Shown here: positions 24,985 through 37,200 of the stretch, piece after piece
Numbering within the stretch: position 1 is the first letter of the stretch
Layout of the letters: each line of letters opens with the position of its first letter
DNA from: Eledone cirrhosa
Lineage: Eukaryota
Direction of reading: 5' to 3'
Length of the DNA stretch: 64,000 nt
Assembly: GCA_964016885.1 (NCBI GenBank)
Contig: OZ024766.1
Span: 8,494,001-8,558,000 of the forward strand
Made by a program: the position numbers and the translations under genes
Notes under the pieces: model-generated
Seen by the model: the letters and a program-made list of their open reading frames with translations, nothing else
What the model was told of the DNA's origin: nothing
Databases searched by the model: none

Positions 24985-26005
24985 AACATTTTTTCACGCT
25001 CAGAGTTGCTGAAGCATGGAACAAACTACCGGCATCAGTTGTTAGCTGTCGAGACACTGCATCCTTTAAAACCTCCATGGAACAAAATGCCTGCATCAGT
25101 TGTTAGCTGTCGAGACACTGCATCCTTTAAAACCTCCATGGAACAAACTGCCTGCATCAGTTGTTAGCTGTCGAGACACTGCATCCTTTAAAACCTCCAT
25201 GGAACAAACTCCTTACATCAGTTGTTAGCTGTCGAGACACTGCATGCTTTAAAACCTCCATGGAACAAACTACCTGCATCAGTTGTTAGCTGTCGAGACA
25301 CTGCATCCTTTAAAACCTCCATGGAACAAACTGCCTGCATCAGTTGTTAGCTGCCGAGACACTGCATCCTTTAAAACCTCCATGGAACAAACTCCTTACA
25401 CCAGTTGTTACCTGTCGAGACACTGCATCCTTTAAAACCTCCATGGAACAAACTCCTTACATCAGTTGTTAGCTGTCGAGACACTGCATCCTTTAAAACC
25501 TCCATGGAACAAACTAGCTGCATCAGTTGTTAGCTGTCGAGACACTGCATCCTTTAAAACCTCCATGGAACAAACTGCCTGCATCAGTTGTTAGCTGCCG
25601 AGACACTGCATCCTTTAAAACCTCCATGGAACAAACTCCTTACATCAGTTGTTAGCTGCCGAGACACTGCATCCTTTAAAACCTCCATGGAACAAACTCC
25701 TTACATCAGTTGTTAGCTGTCGAGACACTGCATCCTTTAAAACCTCCATGGAACAAACTCCTTACATCAGTTGTTAGCTGTCGAGACACTGCATCCTTTA
25801 AGGCCTCCATGCTTCCCGAGATCCGCCAACACTACACCTAATGTTCCCCCTCCATACACATAGACACATGTATACCATGACTCATACACTATTCACTTCC
25901 CTGACATTTGTGTATTATTCTATGTACTATACATACACCTTTGACGAGTTGTAGTGCACCTGAGCACTTTACACAATAATTTCATTATTATTATTATCAT
26001 TATTA
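24985..26005 (+). mobile_element. CR1/L2-type LINE 3' end with 61-bp unit amplified about 13x
   Basis: Reads HFFTLRVAEAWNKLPASVVSCRDTASFK (ORF2 C-terminal motif), then 3'UTR and (ATT)n tail. Confidence 0.75.
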
Positions 26006-26467
26006 TTATATATATATATATCAGGGGCGAGGGGTCCGTGCATGCAACGCATGCAGTGCATGCATTATAGAATCTTGAGTTGATCAATTGCATCGGTTGA
26101 AGCAAGCAGAATTTTGGCTGCTTACTAAAACGTATAGACACAAAAAAAGATAACACACGCGCACACACATATATACACAAACACATACACACAAACACAC
26201 AGCTTTGGGGCAAGCATATTTTTGACTGCTTACTAAATCGTAGACACATAAAAAGATAACACACACACACACACACACTAGATAACACTACATGCGGCTT
26301 TGACCGGGAGGGTCATTTAGAGGGGGTTTGGGGGGGGGGGGGGTTGTACAGCCCCACTTTCCGCCATGGCGATTGGACTGCATGCCCTGCTTTCCAGGTT
26401 ACCCTTTACCACTGATATATACATATATATATATATATATGTGTGTGTATATATATATATATATACA

Positions 26468-26815
26468 TGGAGGCACATGGCTTAGTGGTTAGAGCATTGG
26501 CCTTGCAATCGAAAGGTTGTGAGTTCAATTCTCAGACCGGGTGATGTGTTGTTTCCTTGAGCAAGACACTTTATTTCACATTGCTCCAGTTTACTCAGCT
26601 GTAGAAATGAGATGATAGGGACTGGGGTCCCTATCATTCCACTGCAAAGTGGTCGTGGAGGCGCCACGGCAAAAAAGCACCCAGCACTCACTGTAAATGA
26701 GGTTGGTGTTAGGAAGGGCATCCAGCTGTAGAAATCAAGCCAGAATCAGTTCCCGTCCCACCCTTGCAAGCAGGGAAAAGCGGACGTAAAAATGATGATA
26801 ATGATGATAATGATA
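26468..26815 (+). mobile_element. Full-length tRNA-SINE, single unit
   Basis: Family head, body and tail. Confidence 0.9.
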
Positions 26816-26869
26816 TATATTATATAATAACAGGAGGCTGGACTGGTGTAATTCCTGAAAAGGTTTATT

Positions 26870-26927
26870 ATACTATGATCATTTCAATGACTGGGTTCAG
26901 TATGAATCCGGTGACATCATCAGGTAT
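26870..26927 (-). ncRNA. Type-I minimal hammerhead ribozyme motif
   Basis: atac-CTGATGA-stem II-GAAA-tgatca-TA-gtat; palindromic stem III ATGATCAT; paralog at 58088. Confidence 0.65.
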
Positions 26928-27084
26928 TCAAAATATAACAAAGGAATATAAAAATCCATGGGGCTGAAAATCAGAGACATGAGGGCGACCGAACATTGAG
27001 CAGCTATTACCCCGGTCGGCCGCCCTCAGTTCTATCCAGTGGTGAACCAACAAACCTAAATAAATATATATATATATATATACA

Positions 27085-28475
27085 TAGGCACATGGCTTGG
27101 TGGTTAGAGCATTGGGCTTGCAATCGAAAGGTTGTGAGTTCAATTCTCGGACCGGGTGATGTGTTGTTTCCTCGAGCAAGACACTTTATTTCACATTGCT
27201 CCAGTTTACTCAGCTGTAGAAATGAGATGATAGGACTGTGGTCCCTATCATTCCACTGTAAAGTGGTCGTGGAGGTGCCACGGCAAAAAAAGCACCCAGC
27301 CCACACTGTAAAGTGGTCGTGGAGGTGCCACGGCACAAAAGCACCCAGCCCACACTGTAAAGTGGTCGTGGAGGTGCCACGGCACAAAAGCACTCAGCCC
27401 TCACTGTAAAGTGGTCGTGGAGGTGCCACAGCCAAAAAAGCACCCAGCCCTCACTGTAAAGTGGTCGTGGAAGTGTCACAGCCAAAAAAGCACCCAGCCC
27501 ACACTGTAAAGTGGTCATGGAGGTGCCACAGCCAAAAAAGCACCCAGCCCTCACTGTAAAGTGGTCATGGAGGTGCCACAGCCAAAAAAGCACTCAGCCC
27601 TCACTGTAAAGTGGTCGTGGAGGTGCCACAGCCAAAAAAGCACCCAGCCCTCACTGCAAAGTGGTCGTGGAGGTGCCACGGCCAAAAAAGCACCCAGCCC
27701 TCACTGTAAAGTGGTCGTGGAGGTGCCACAGCCAAAAAAGCACCCAGCACTCACTGTAAAGTGGTCATGGAGGTGCCACGGCACAAAAGCACTCAGCACT
27801 CACTGTAAAGTGGACGTGGAGGTGTCACAGCCAAAAAAGCACCCAGCCCTCACTGTAAAGTGGTCATGGAGGTGCCACAGCCAAAAAAGCACTCAGCCCT
27901 CACTGTAAAGTGGTCGTGGAGGTGCCACAGCCAAAAAAGCACCCAGCCCTCACTGTAAAGTGGTCATGGAGGTGCCACGGCCAAAAAAGCACTCAGCCCT
28001 CACTGTAAAGTGGTCGTGGAGGTGCCACAGCCAAAAAAGCACCCAGCCCTCACTGCAAAGTGGTCGTGGAGGTGCCACGGCCAAAAAAGCACCCATCCCT
28101 CACTGTAAAGTGGTCATGGAGGTGCCACGGCACAAAAGCACTCAGCACTCACTGTAAAGTGGACGTGGAGGTGCCACAGCCAAAAAAGCACTCAGCCCTC
28201 ACTGTAAAGTGGTCGTGGAGGTGCCACAGCCAAAAAAGCACCCAGCCCTCACTGCAAAGTAGTCGTGGAGGTGCCATGGCTAAAAAAGCACCCAGCCCTC
28301 ACTGTAAAGTGGTCATGGAGGTGCCACAGCCAAAAAAGCACCCAGCCCTCACTGTAAAGTGGTTGGTGTTAGGAAGGGCATCCAGCTGTAGAATTCAAGC
28401 CAGAATCAGTTCCCGTCCCACCCTTGCAAGCAGGGAAAAGCGGACGTAAAATGAAATGATGATGATGATGATGAT
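27085..28475 (+). mobile_element. tRNA-SINE with about 23 internal 49-bp units
   Basis: Intact head and tail enclosing a 1.1-kb array. Confidence 0.9.
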
Positions 28476-28507
28476 ATATAAAGGAAAGCAACAACAGGTA
28501 AACTTAC

Positions 28508-28712
28508 CTGAATACTCATAAAGAGATATACTGTGGACTGTGAAAGGCGAGACATTCTGGGAGAGGAAGGGCTCGTGGGTCTTGTTGAGGAGGTCCCAAA
28601 AATCAATAGTACCATCCATCCTGGCTATGACGAAAACACTGGGTCTGGTAGGGGACCAGCTGCCATCAACCACCTGGTTTGGCATTGACCCCGACATGAA
28701 TAGGGGCCCCGT
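28508..28712 (-). CDS. DNAI3: DNAI3 exon (TGPLFMSG...WSPTRPSVFVIARMDGTIDFWDLLNKTHEP...)
   Basis: 205 nt, phase 0/1; WD40 motif matching WSLTRPGVFYIGREDGYIDIWDLLEKTHEP. Confidence 0.95.
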
Positions 28713-28782
28713 CTGTAGAGAGCACCGTCATCGCAACCGTGACGACAGAAGGTAAAGAGAGACAGAGAGAGAGAGAATTAAT

Positions 28783-30150
28783 TGTGGTGGTGGTGGTGGT
28801 GTTGGTAGGGTGGTGGTGGTGGTGTGGTGGTGGTGGTGTGGTGGTGGTGTGGTGGTGGTGGTGGTGGTGGTGTTGGTGGTGGTGGTGGTGTTGGTGGTGG
28901 TGGTGGTGGTGGTGGTGGTGGTGGTGTGGTGGTGGTGGTGTGGTGGTGGTGGTGTGGTGGTGGTGTGGTGGTGGTGGTGGTGGTGGTGGTGGTGGTGGTG
29001 GTGTTGGTGTTGGTGGTGGTGTTGGTGGTGGTGGTGGTGGTGGTGGTAGTGTGGTGGTGGTGGTGGTGGTGGTGGTGTTGGTGGTGGTGTGGTGGTGGTG
29101 GTGTGGTGGTGTTGGTGGTGGTGGTGTGGTGGTGTTGGTGGTGGTGGTGTTGGTGGTGGTGTGGTGGTGGTGGTGGTGGTGGTGTTGGTGGTGTGGTGGT
29201 GTTGGTAGTGGTGTGGTGGTGGTGGTGGTGGTGGTGGTGTGGTGGTGGTGGTGGTGGTGGTGGTGGTGTGGTGGTGGTGGTGGTGTAGTGGTGGTGGTGG
29301 TGGTGATGATGGTGATGGCGGTAGTGATGGTGGTGGTGTTGGTGGTGTAGTGGTGGTGTAGTGGTGGTGGTGTAGTAGTGGTGGTGGTGTAGTGGTGGTG
29401 GTGGTGGTGATGATGGTGATGGCGGTAGTGGTGGTGGTGGTGTTGGTGGTGTAGTGGTGGTGTAGTGGTGGTGGTTGTGGTGGTGGTGTGGTGTTGGTGG
29501 TGGTGGTGGTTGTGTTGGTTGTGTGGTGGTGGTGGTGTGGTGGTGGTGGTGATGTTGGTGTTGGTAGTGTGGTGGTGGTGGTGGTGTGGTGGTGGTGTGG
29601 TGGTGGTGGTGGTGGTGGTGTTGGTAGTGTGGTGGTGGTGGTGGTGTTGTCACTGGTGGTGGTGTTGGTAGTGTGGTGGTGGTGGTGGTGTTGGTAGTGT
29701 GGTGGTGGTGGCGTTGGTAGTGTGGTGGTGGTGGTGGTGTGGTGATGGTGGTGGTGGTAGAGCGGTGGTGGTGGTTGTGTGGTGGTGGTGTTGGTAGTGT
29801 GGTGGTGGTGGTGGTGGTGGTGGTGTGGTGGTGTGATGGTGGTGATGGTGGTGATGGTGGTGATGGTGGTGGTGGTGGTGATGGTGTGGTGGTGGTGGTG
29901 TGGTGGTGGTGGTGGTGATGGTGTGATGGGGTGGTGGTGGTGGTGGTGGTGGTGGTGGTGGCGTTGGTAGTGGTGATGGTGGTGGTGGTAGTGTGGTGAT
30001 GGTGGTGGTGTGGTGATGGTGTGGTGATGGTGGTGGTGGTAGAGCGGTGGTGATGGTGTGGTGGTGGTGGTGTGGTGGTGGTGTGGTGGTGTGATGGTGT
30101 GGTGGTGGTGGTGGTGGTGGTGGTGGTGGTGATAGTGGTGGTGGGGATCA
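28783..30150. repeat. (GTG)n degenerate trinucleotide tract
   Basis: Direct inspection. Confidence 0.92.
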
Positions 30151-30323
30151 TCATTATAATAATAGTCATTGCAGCAACCATCCCCATCACCATTCTAACC
30201 ACCATCATCATCACATTCAACACCACCACCACCATCACCACCAACAACAGTAACACCACCATCACCACCATAACAAGTAACAACAACAACAACAACAGTA
30301 AGAATCTATTAACAAGGCCTTAC

Positions 30324-30454
30324 ATCAACTCCTTCCTTCCACAGAGACACCTGCCAGCCACCAACCACAAGTATGATGAGTTTATTGAAGTGGGACCTCT
30401 TGAGGGCACATATTGGGCCATTGTGTATATCGGTGCTGAATTTGGGTTTCTCAG
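30324..30454 (-). CDS. DNAI3: DNAI3 exon (EKPKFSTDIHNGPICALKRSHFNKLIILVVGGWQVSLWKEGVD)
   Basis: 131 nt, phase 1/0; matches IILTVGGWNVAIWKEG. Confidence 0.94.
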
Positions 30455-30511
30455 CTGAAACAAAAGCAATTTGATAGATCATCATCATCATCATCATTTT
30501 ACGTCCGCTTT

Positions 30512-30920
30512 TCTAACAAAATACACCCCCGTCACACCACCCCTACCCCATCCACACCGCCCCCTTCTATGTAAAGTTATGTTGGTGCCACACCATCCAG
30601 GCCGAAACAAATGAGATCGTGTAGGTGTCATGACAAAAAAACACACAGTCCACGCTGTAATGTGGCCGTGTAGGCAACACGGTAAAAACCTCCCAGTCCC
30701 ACACTGTAAATGTGGTTGGTGTTAGGAAGGGCATCCAGCTGTAGAAAACCTGCCAGACAGTCCACGCTGTAATGTGGCCGTGTAGGTAACACGGTAAAAA
30801 CCTCCCAGTCCACACTAAATGTGGTTGGTGTTAGGAAGGGCATCCAGCTGTAGAAAACCTGCCAGACAGTCCTATGCAAGCGTGGAACACGGACGTTAAA
30901 CGATGATGATGATGATGATG
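30512..30920 (+). mobile_element. RTE LINE 3'UTR fragment with internal duplication
   Basis: Homologous to 52211-52570; (ATG)n tail. Confidence 0.75.
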
Positions 30921-30922
30921 AT

Positions 30923-31283
30923 TTACCCTGCTTGCAAGGGAGGGATGGGTCCTATTCAGCACAGCATCTCTCCACTTGTCACGGTCCTTCGTCATCTCCA
31001 CCGTGAGCTTCAGTGATCTGAGGTCTGTTCTCACCACCTCCGCCCATGTTTTCCGTGGTCTTCCTCTACTGCGTCTTCCTTCTACTGGCATTTCTTGGCC
31101 CTTCTTCACCCATCGATCATCCTCCATGTACATCACATGTCCATACCACCTCAGTCTCCTCTCCCGCACACCACAACTTATCCCTCTTATACACTGTTTC
31201 TCTCTCAACTCATCTACGCTCGGTCATTCACGTACACTGACATTGCACATCCAACGGAGCATGCTTGCTTCATTTCTCTCCAG
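30923..31283 (-). mobile_element. RTE-clade LINE ORF2 C-terminal fragment
   Basis: EASMLRWMCNVS...RRLRWYGHV...GRRSRGRPRKTW...DRDKWR, with an in-frame stop. Confidence 0.85.
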
Positions 31284-31284
31284 C

Positions 31285-31610
31285 CTTACGGGGTCGATAA
31301 AATAAAGTACCAGTAATACACTGGGGTACTTGCTGGCCTTGTGCCAAAAGTAGAAACAATTATTACAGGGTCGATAAAATAAAGTACCAGTAATGCACTG
31401 GGGTAATTGCTGGCCTTGTGCCAAAAGTAGAAACAATTATTACAGGGTCGATAAAATAAAGTACTAGTAATACACTGGGGTGATTGCTGGCCTTGTGCCA
31501 AAAGTAGAAACATTTATTACAGGGTTGATAAAATAAAGTACCAGTAATACACTGGAGTAATTGCTGGCCTTGTGCCAGAAGTAGAAACAATAACAATAAT
31601 AATAATAATA
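31285..31610 (+). repeat. 77-bp tandem of the second SINE's 3' end
   Basis: gggtcgataaaataaagtaccag...ggccttgtgccaaaagtagaaacaat x4. Confidence 0.85.
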
Positions 31611-31626
31611 ATAGAATTCTACTTAC

Positions 31627-31690
31627 TCTGCAGCCTACCAGAGTCAGAATCCCTTCGTGGGACCCAGTCCAGATAGAGTAATTCTCCAAA
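31627..31690 (-). CDS. DNAI3: DNAI3 exon (FGELLYLDWVPRRDSDSGRLQ)
   Basis: 64 nt, phase 0/1; matches EGEVIYTDWKMEKDPETGRL. Confidence 0.88.
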
Positions 31691-32059
31691 CTGAAATATA
31701 TATAGATATATATATATATTATAATATTGTTATACTTGGGGAGGTCATATTGTTGTAATAATATTGCCAGAATTAATAACAGAACACACTCACTGTTTGG
31801 TTGGTTTTCGCTTTTCGCTTCTGTGTCTTTTATATCGGTTAATCTAATTTACTCGGTCCTCAATGTTGCCATTGACTGACCAACGGTCAAAAATAATACA
31901 GATACAATATAGACACAAACAAATAGATAAATGAACATAAACACACACAGACACCCGGATGTGGCGCATGCGCAGACTGAGCACACAACACACACACAGA
32001 AACAAAATGGCGTAGGACAGAACAAAGGAGAGGCACAAAAACAAAGAAAGGAATCCCCA

Positions 32060-32102
32060 GTCACTGAAGAGGTCACAGAGTGTGTGACGAAAGAACTATG
32101 AC
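32060..32102 (+). ncRNA. Type-I minimal hammerhead ribozyme motif in a dispersed (Penelope-like?) repeat
   Basis: gtca-CTGAAGA-g-gtcaca gagtg tgtgac-GAAA-gaac-TA-tgac; paralog at 58721. Confidence 0.65.
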
Positions 32103-33188
32103 AATATATAAACAACTATCTGGTTGTGGAACCAACCAACCAACCAGAAATTTATAAATTTATAAATTTATTATAAATTTATTATAATAAATTGAAGTGA
32201 AAGCAACTGGTGCGTGTGTTTCTTATTGGCAACATGACCCTCCCAAAGTATAACAACACATATATATAGTTTATCATAAATCTTTCGTTGCACATCTGCA
32301 ACATCGTCAGTGGTGCTATTGTTTCCTCCCGTTGCATTGTATGTCTACGCCATTTTTATTTAGTCTGTCTATATATTTATTTATTTATGTGCTTGTTTGT
32401 TTATTTTATTTTGTCTTCTTTGCGCATGCGTTTGCGTGTGTGTGTAGTGTTTTGTTTGATGTGTGTTCGTGATTGGGTGACTTGTCTGTGTTTATGTGTT
32501 TGTTGTTATTGTGCTTGTGTATGTATTTATTTATTTATTTATCTATCTATTTATTTACTTATTTATACTTCCCTTAGGTCCGTGTGGTTTGTTTGGGTGT
32601 TGTTGTTATTCCATTCATTTATATATTATAAAGAAAACGAAAAATCAGTGATGCTTCTGGACTTAGTTTATTTCGTGTTACAAATGTTTCACCGGCATGT
32701 AGCTCGAGTTATGGTCCTTGTTACGTCTGGAGTACCACACCACACTCCCTACTCCCACACCACACCACACTCCCACCACACTCCCTACTCCCACACCACA
32801 CTCCCTACTCCCAAACCACACCACACTCCCTACTCCCACACCACACTCCCTACTCCCAAACCACACCCCCTCCTCCCAAACCACACCCCCTACTTCCACA
32901 CCACACCACACTCCCTACTTCCAAAACCCCACCACACCACACTCCCTACTCCCACACCCCCTACTCCTCACCACACTCCCCTCAAACCCCACCACACTCC
33001 CTACTTCCCAAACCCCACCACACCACACTCCCACACCACACCACACTTCCTATCAAACCCCCACCACACTCCCCCCAAACCCCACCACACCACACCACAC
33101 CCCTTACTCCCACACCACACCACCACCACACCACACCACACCACACACCCTACAATGTTAAAAAAAAAGCAAGTATTCAGCCCCTCAC

Positions 33189-33230
33189 CTCTGTTCCAAC
33201 ATAGTGAGGGCACAGCCTTCAGGTACTGCT
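33189..33230 (-). other. DNAI3: Broken remnant of a DNAI3 exon (..LKAVP / HYVGTE|gtgag)
   Basis: YVGTE matches FFVGTE with a phase-0 donor compatible with the next exon; upstream frame is disrupted; lies near the assembly gap. Confidence 0.55.
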
Positions 33231-33893
33231 CCCCCACCACATCACACACACCCCAACTGCACTCCCTACTCCTCACCACACTCCCCCTCAAACCCCCACC
33301 ACACCACACTCCCTACTCCCACACCACACTCCCTACTCCCACACCACACTCCCTATTCCCACTCCACACCACACCACACTCCCTACTCCTCACCACACCC
33401 CCCCTCAAACCCCCACCAAACCACACGCCCTATTCCCACATCACACCACACTCCCTATTCCCACTCCACACCACACCACACTCCCTACTCCCACACCACA
33501 CTCCCTACTTCCAAAACCCCACCACACCACATACTCCCACATTCACACCCCTACTCCTCACCACACTCCTCTCACCCCCCCCCCAAAAAAAAAACCCCCC
33601 ACCACACCACACTCCCTATTCCCACTCCACACCACACCACACTCCCTACTCCCACACCACACTCCCTACTTCCAAAACCCCACCACACCACATACTCCCA
33701 CATTCACACCCCTACTCCTCACCACACTCCTCTCACCCCCCCCCCCACCACACCACACTCCCTATTCCCACTCCACACCACACCACACTCCCTACTCCCA
33801 CACCACACTCCCTACTTCCAAAACCCCACCACACCACATACTCCCACATTCACACCCCTACTCCTCACCACACTCCTCTCACCCCCCCCCAAA

Positions 33894-34094
33894 ANNNNNN
33901 NNNNNNNNNNNNNNNNNNNNNNNNNNNNNNNNNNNNNNNNNNNNNNNNNNNNNNNNNNNNNNNNNNNNNNNNNNNNNNNNNNNNNNNNNNNNNNNNNNNN
34001 NNNNNNNNNNNNNNNNNNNNNNNNNNNNNNNNNNNNNNNNNNNNNNNNNNNNNNNNNNNNNNNNNNNNNNNNNNNNNNNNNNNNNNNNNNNNNN
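33894..34094. other. Assembly gap (N run)
   Basis: About 200 N. Confidence 1.
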
Positions 34095-34104
34095 CGACCT
34101 GGGC
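34095..34104 (-). CDS. DNAI3: Probable start of a DNAI3 exon running into the gap (AQV...)
   Basis: ctgcag acceptor at 34105-34106, at the position where the missing exon is expected; only 10 nt visible. Confidence 0.4.
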
Positions 34105-34212
34105 CTGCAGTGGGTGGTGGGAACATAGCAGTAAAACAGAGTGTTGTAATAATTATGAATTAACAATAACAACAACAAATAAAGATGTTAAAAAAACCAC
34201 AGAAAGTGTGTG

Positions 34213-37200
34213 TACAAAACAACACTATGATTACATCACATTAAATATTAAAGTCTTTACTGTAATACTGTAAATATTCACAACAATCTGTCCACCAGTA
34301 AAGATACTATAAACATTTAGTACAAAACAACACTATGATTACATCACATTAAATATTAAAGTCTTTACTGTAATACTGTAAATATTCACAACAATCTGTC
34401 CACCAGTAAAGATACTATAAACATTTAGTACAAAACAACACTATGATTACATCACATTAAATATTAAAGTCTTTACTGTAATACTGTAAATATTCACAAC
34501 AATCTGTCCACCAGTAAAGATACTATAAACATTTAGTACAAAACAACACTATGATTACATCACATTAAATATTAAAGTCTTTACTGTAATACTGTAAATA
34601 TTCACAACAATCTGTCCACTAGTAAAGATACTATAAACATTTAGTACAAAACAACACTATGACTACATCACATTATATATTAAAGTCTTTACTGTAATAC
34701 TGTAAATTTTCACAACAATCTGTCCACCAGTAAAGATACTATAAACATTTAGTACAAACAACACTATGACTACATCACATTAAATATTAAAGTCTTTACT
34801 GTAATACTGTAAATGTTCACAACAATCTGTCCACCAGTAAAGATACTATAAACATTTAGTACAAAACAACACTATGACTACATCACATTAAATATTAAAG
34901 TCTTTACTGTAATACTGTAAATATTCACAACAATCTGTCCACCAGTAAAGATACTATAAACATTTAGTACAAAACAACACTATGACTACATCCCATTAAA
35001 TATTAAAGTCTTTACTGTAATACTGTAAATATTCACAACAATCTGTCCACCAGTAAAGATACTATAAACATTTAGTACAAAACAACACTATGACTACACC
35101 ACATTAAATATTAAAGTCTTTACTGTAATACTGTAAATTTTCACAACAATCTGTCCACCAGTAAAGATACTATAAACATTTAATACAAAACAACACTATG
35201 ACTAGATCACATTAAATATTAAAGTCTTTACTGTAATACTGTAAATTGTCACAACAATCTCTCCACCAGTAAAGATACTATAAACATTTAGTACAAAACA
35301 ACACCATGACTACATCACATTAAATATTAAAGTCTTTACTGTAATACTGTAAATTGTCACAACAATCTGTCCACAGTAAAGATACTATAAACATTTAGTA
35401 CAAAACAACACTATGACTACATCACATTAAATATTAAAGTCTTTACTGTAATACTGTAAATGTTTACAACAATTTGTCTACCAGTAAAGATACTATAAAC
35501 ATTTAGTACAAAACAACACTATGACTACATCACATTAAATATTAAAGTCTTTACTGTAATACTGTAAATTTTCACAACAATCTGTCCACCAGTAAAGATA
35601 CTATAAACATTTAGTACAAAACAACACTATGACTACATCACATTAAATATTAAAGTCTTTACTGTAATACTGTAAATGTTCACAACAATCTGTCCACCAG
35701 TAAAGATACTATAAACATTTAGTACAAAACAACACTATGACTACATCACATTAAATATTAAAAAGTCTTTACTGTAATACTGTAAATTGTCACAACAATC
35801 TGTCCACCATTAAAGATACTATAAACATTTAGTACAAAACAACACTATGATTACATCACATTAAATATTAAAGTCTTTACTGTAATACTGTAAATGTTCA
35901 CAACAATCTGTCCACCAGTAGAGATACTATAAACATTTAGTACAAAACAACACTATGACTACATCACATTAAATATTAAAGTCTTTACTGTAATACAGTA
36001 TATTTTCACAACAATCTCTCCACCAGTAAAGATACTATAAACATTTAGTACAAAACAACACTATGACTACATCACATTATATATTAAAGTCTTTACTGTA
36101 ATACTGTAAATGTTCACAACAATCTGTCTACCAGTAAAGATACTATAAACATTTAGTACAAAACAACACTATGACTACATCACATTAAATATTAAAGTCT
36201 TTACTGTAATACTGTAAATTGTCACAACAATCTGTCCACCAGTAAAGATACTATAAACATTTAGTACAAAACAACACTATGACTACATCACATTAAATAT
36301 TAAAGTCTTTACTGTAATACTGTAAATTCTCACAACAATCTGTCCACCAGTAAAGATACTATAAACATTTAGTACAAAACAACACTATGATTACATCACA
36401 TTAAATATTAAAGTCTTTACTGTAATACTGTAAATTTTCACAACAATCTGTCCACCAGTAAAGATACTATAAACATTTAGTACAAAACAACACTATGATT
36501 ACATCACATTAAATATTAAAGTCTTTACTGTAATACTGTAAATATTCACAACAATCTGTCCACCAGTAAAGATACTATAAACATTTAGTACAAAACAACA
36601 CTATGACTACATCACATTAAATATTAAAGTCTTTACTGTAATACTGTAAATATTCACAACAATCTGTCTACCAGTAAAGATACTATAAACATTTAGTACA
36701 AAACAACACTATGACTACATCACATTAAATATTAAAGTCTTTACTGTAATACTGTAAATATTCACAACAATCTGTCTACCAGTAAAGATACTATAAACAT
36801 TTAGTACAAAACAACACTATGACTACATCACATTAAATATTAAAGTCTTTACTGTAATACTGTAAATTGTCACAATGATCTGTCCACCAGTAAAGATACT
36901 ATAAACATTTAGTACAAAACAACACTATGACTACATCACATTAAATATTAAAGTCTTTACTGTAATACTGTAAATGTTCACAACAATCTGTCCACCAGTA
37001 AAGATACTATAAACATTTAGTACAAAACAACACTATGACTACATCACATTAAATATTAAAGTCTTTACTGTAATACTGTAAATATTCACAACAATCTGTC
37101 CACCAGTAAAGATACTATAAACATTTAGTACAAAACAACACTATGACTACATCACATTAAATATTAAAGTCTTTACTGTAATACTGTAAATGTTCACAAC

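Noticed and set aside
26021-26415. hAT-like DNA element (CAGGGGCG...CCACTG)
   Set aside because: TIR match too short and no target-site duplication that I could verify.
27250-28360. CRISPR-like regular array
   Set aside because: Units are contiguous with no unique spacers and no cas genes, in a eukaryotic context; the same applies to all arrays here.
28739-30295. Pro/His/Thr-rich or Gly/Val-rich ORFs (also 16947-18344, 32288-34273, 56202-57278)
   Set aside because: Low-complexity trinucleotide or pentanucleotide tracts lacking stops by composition.
32670-32730. Possible mini-exon or hammerhead 3' half (GAAAcatttgTA on the minus strand)
   Set aside because: No CUGANGA upstream, and homology leaves no room for an exon between VGTE and FGE.
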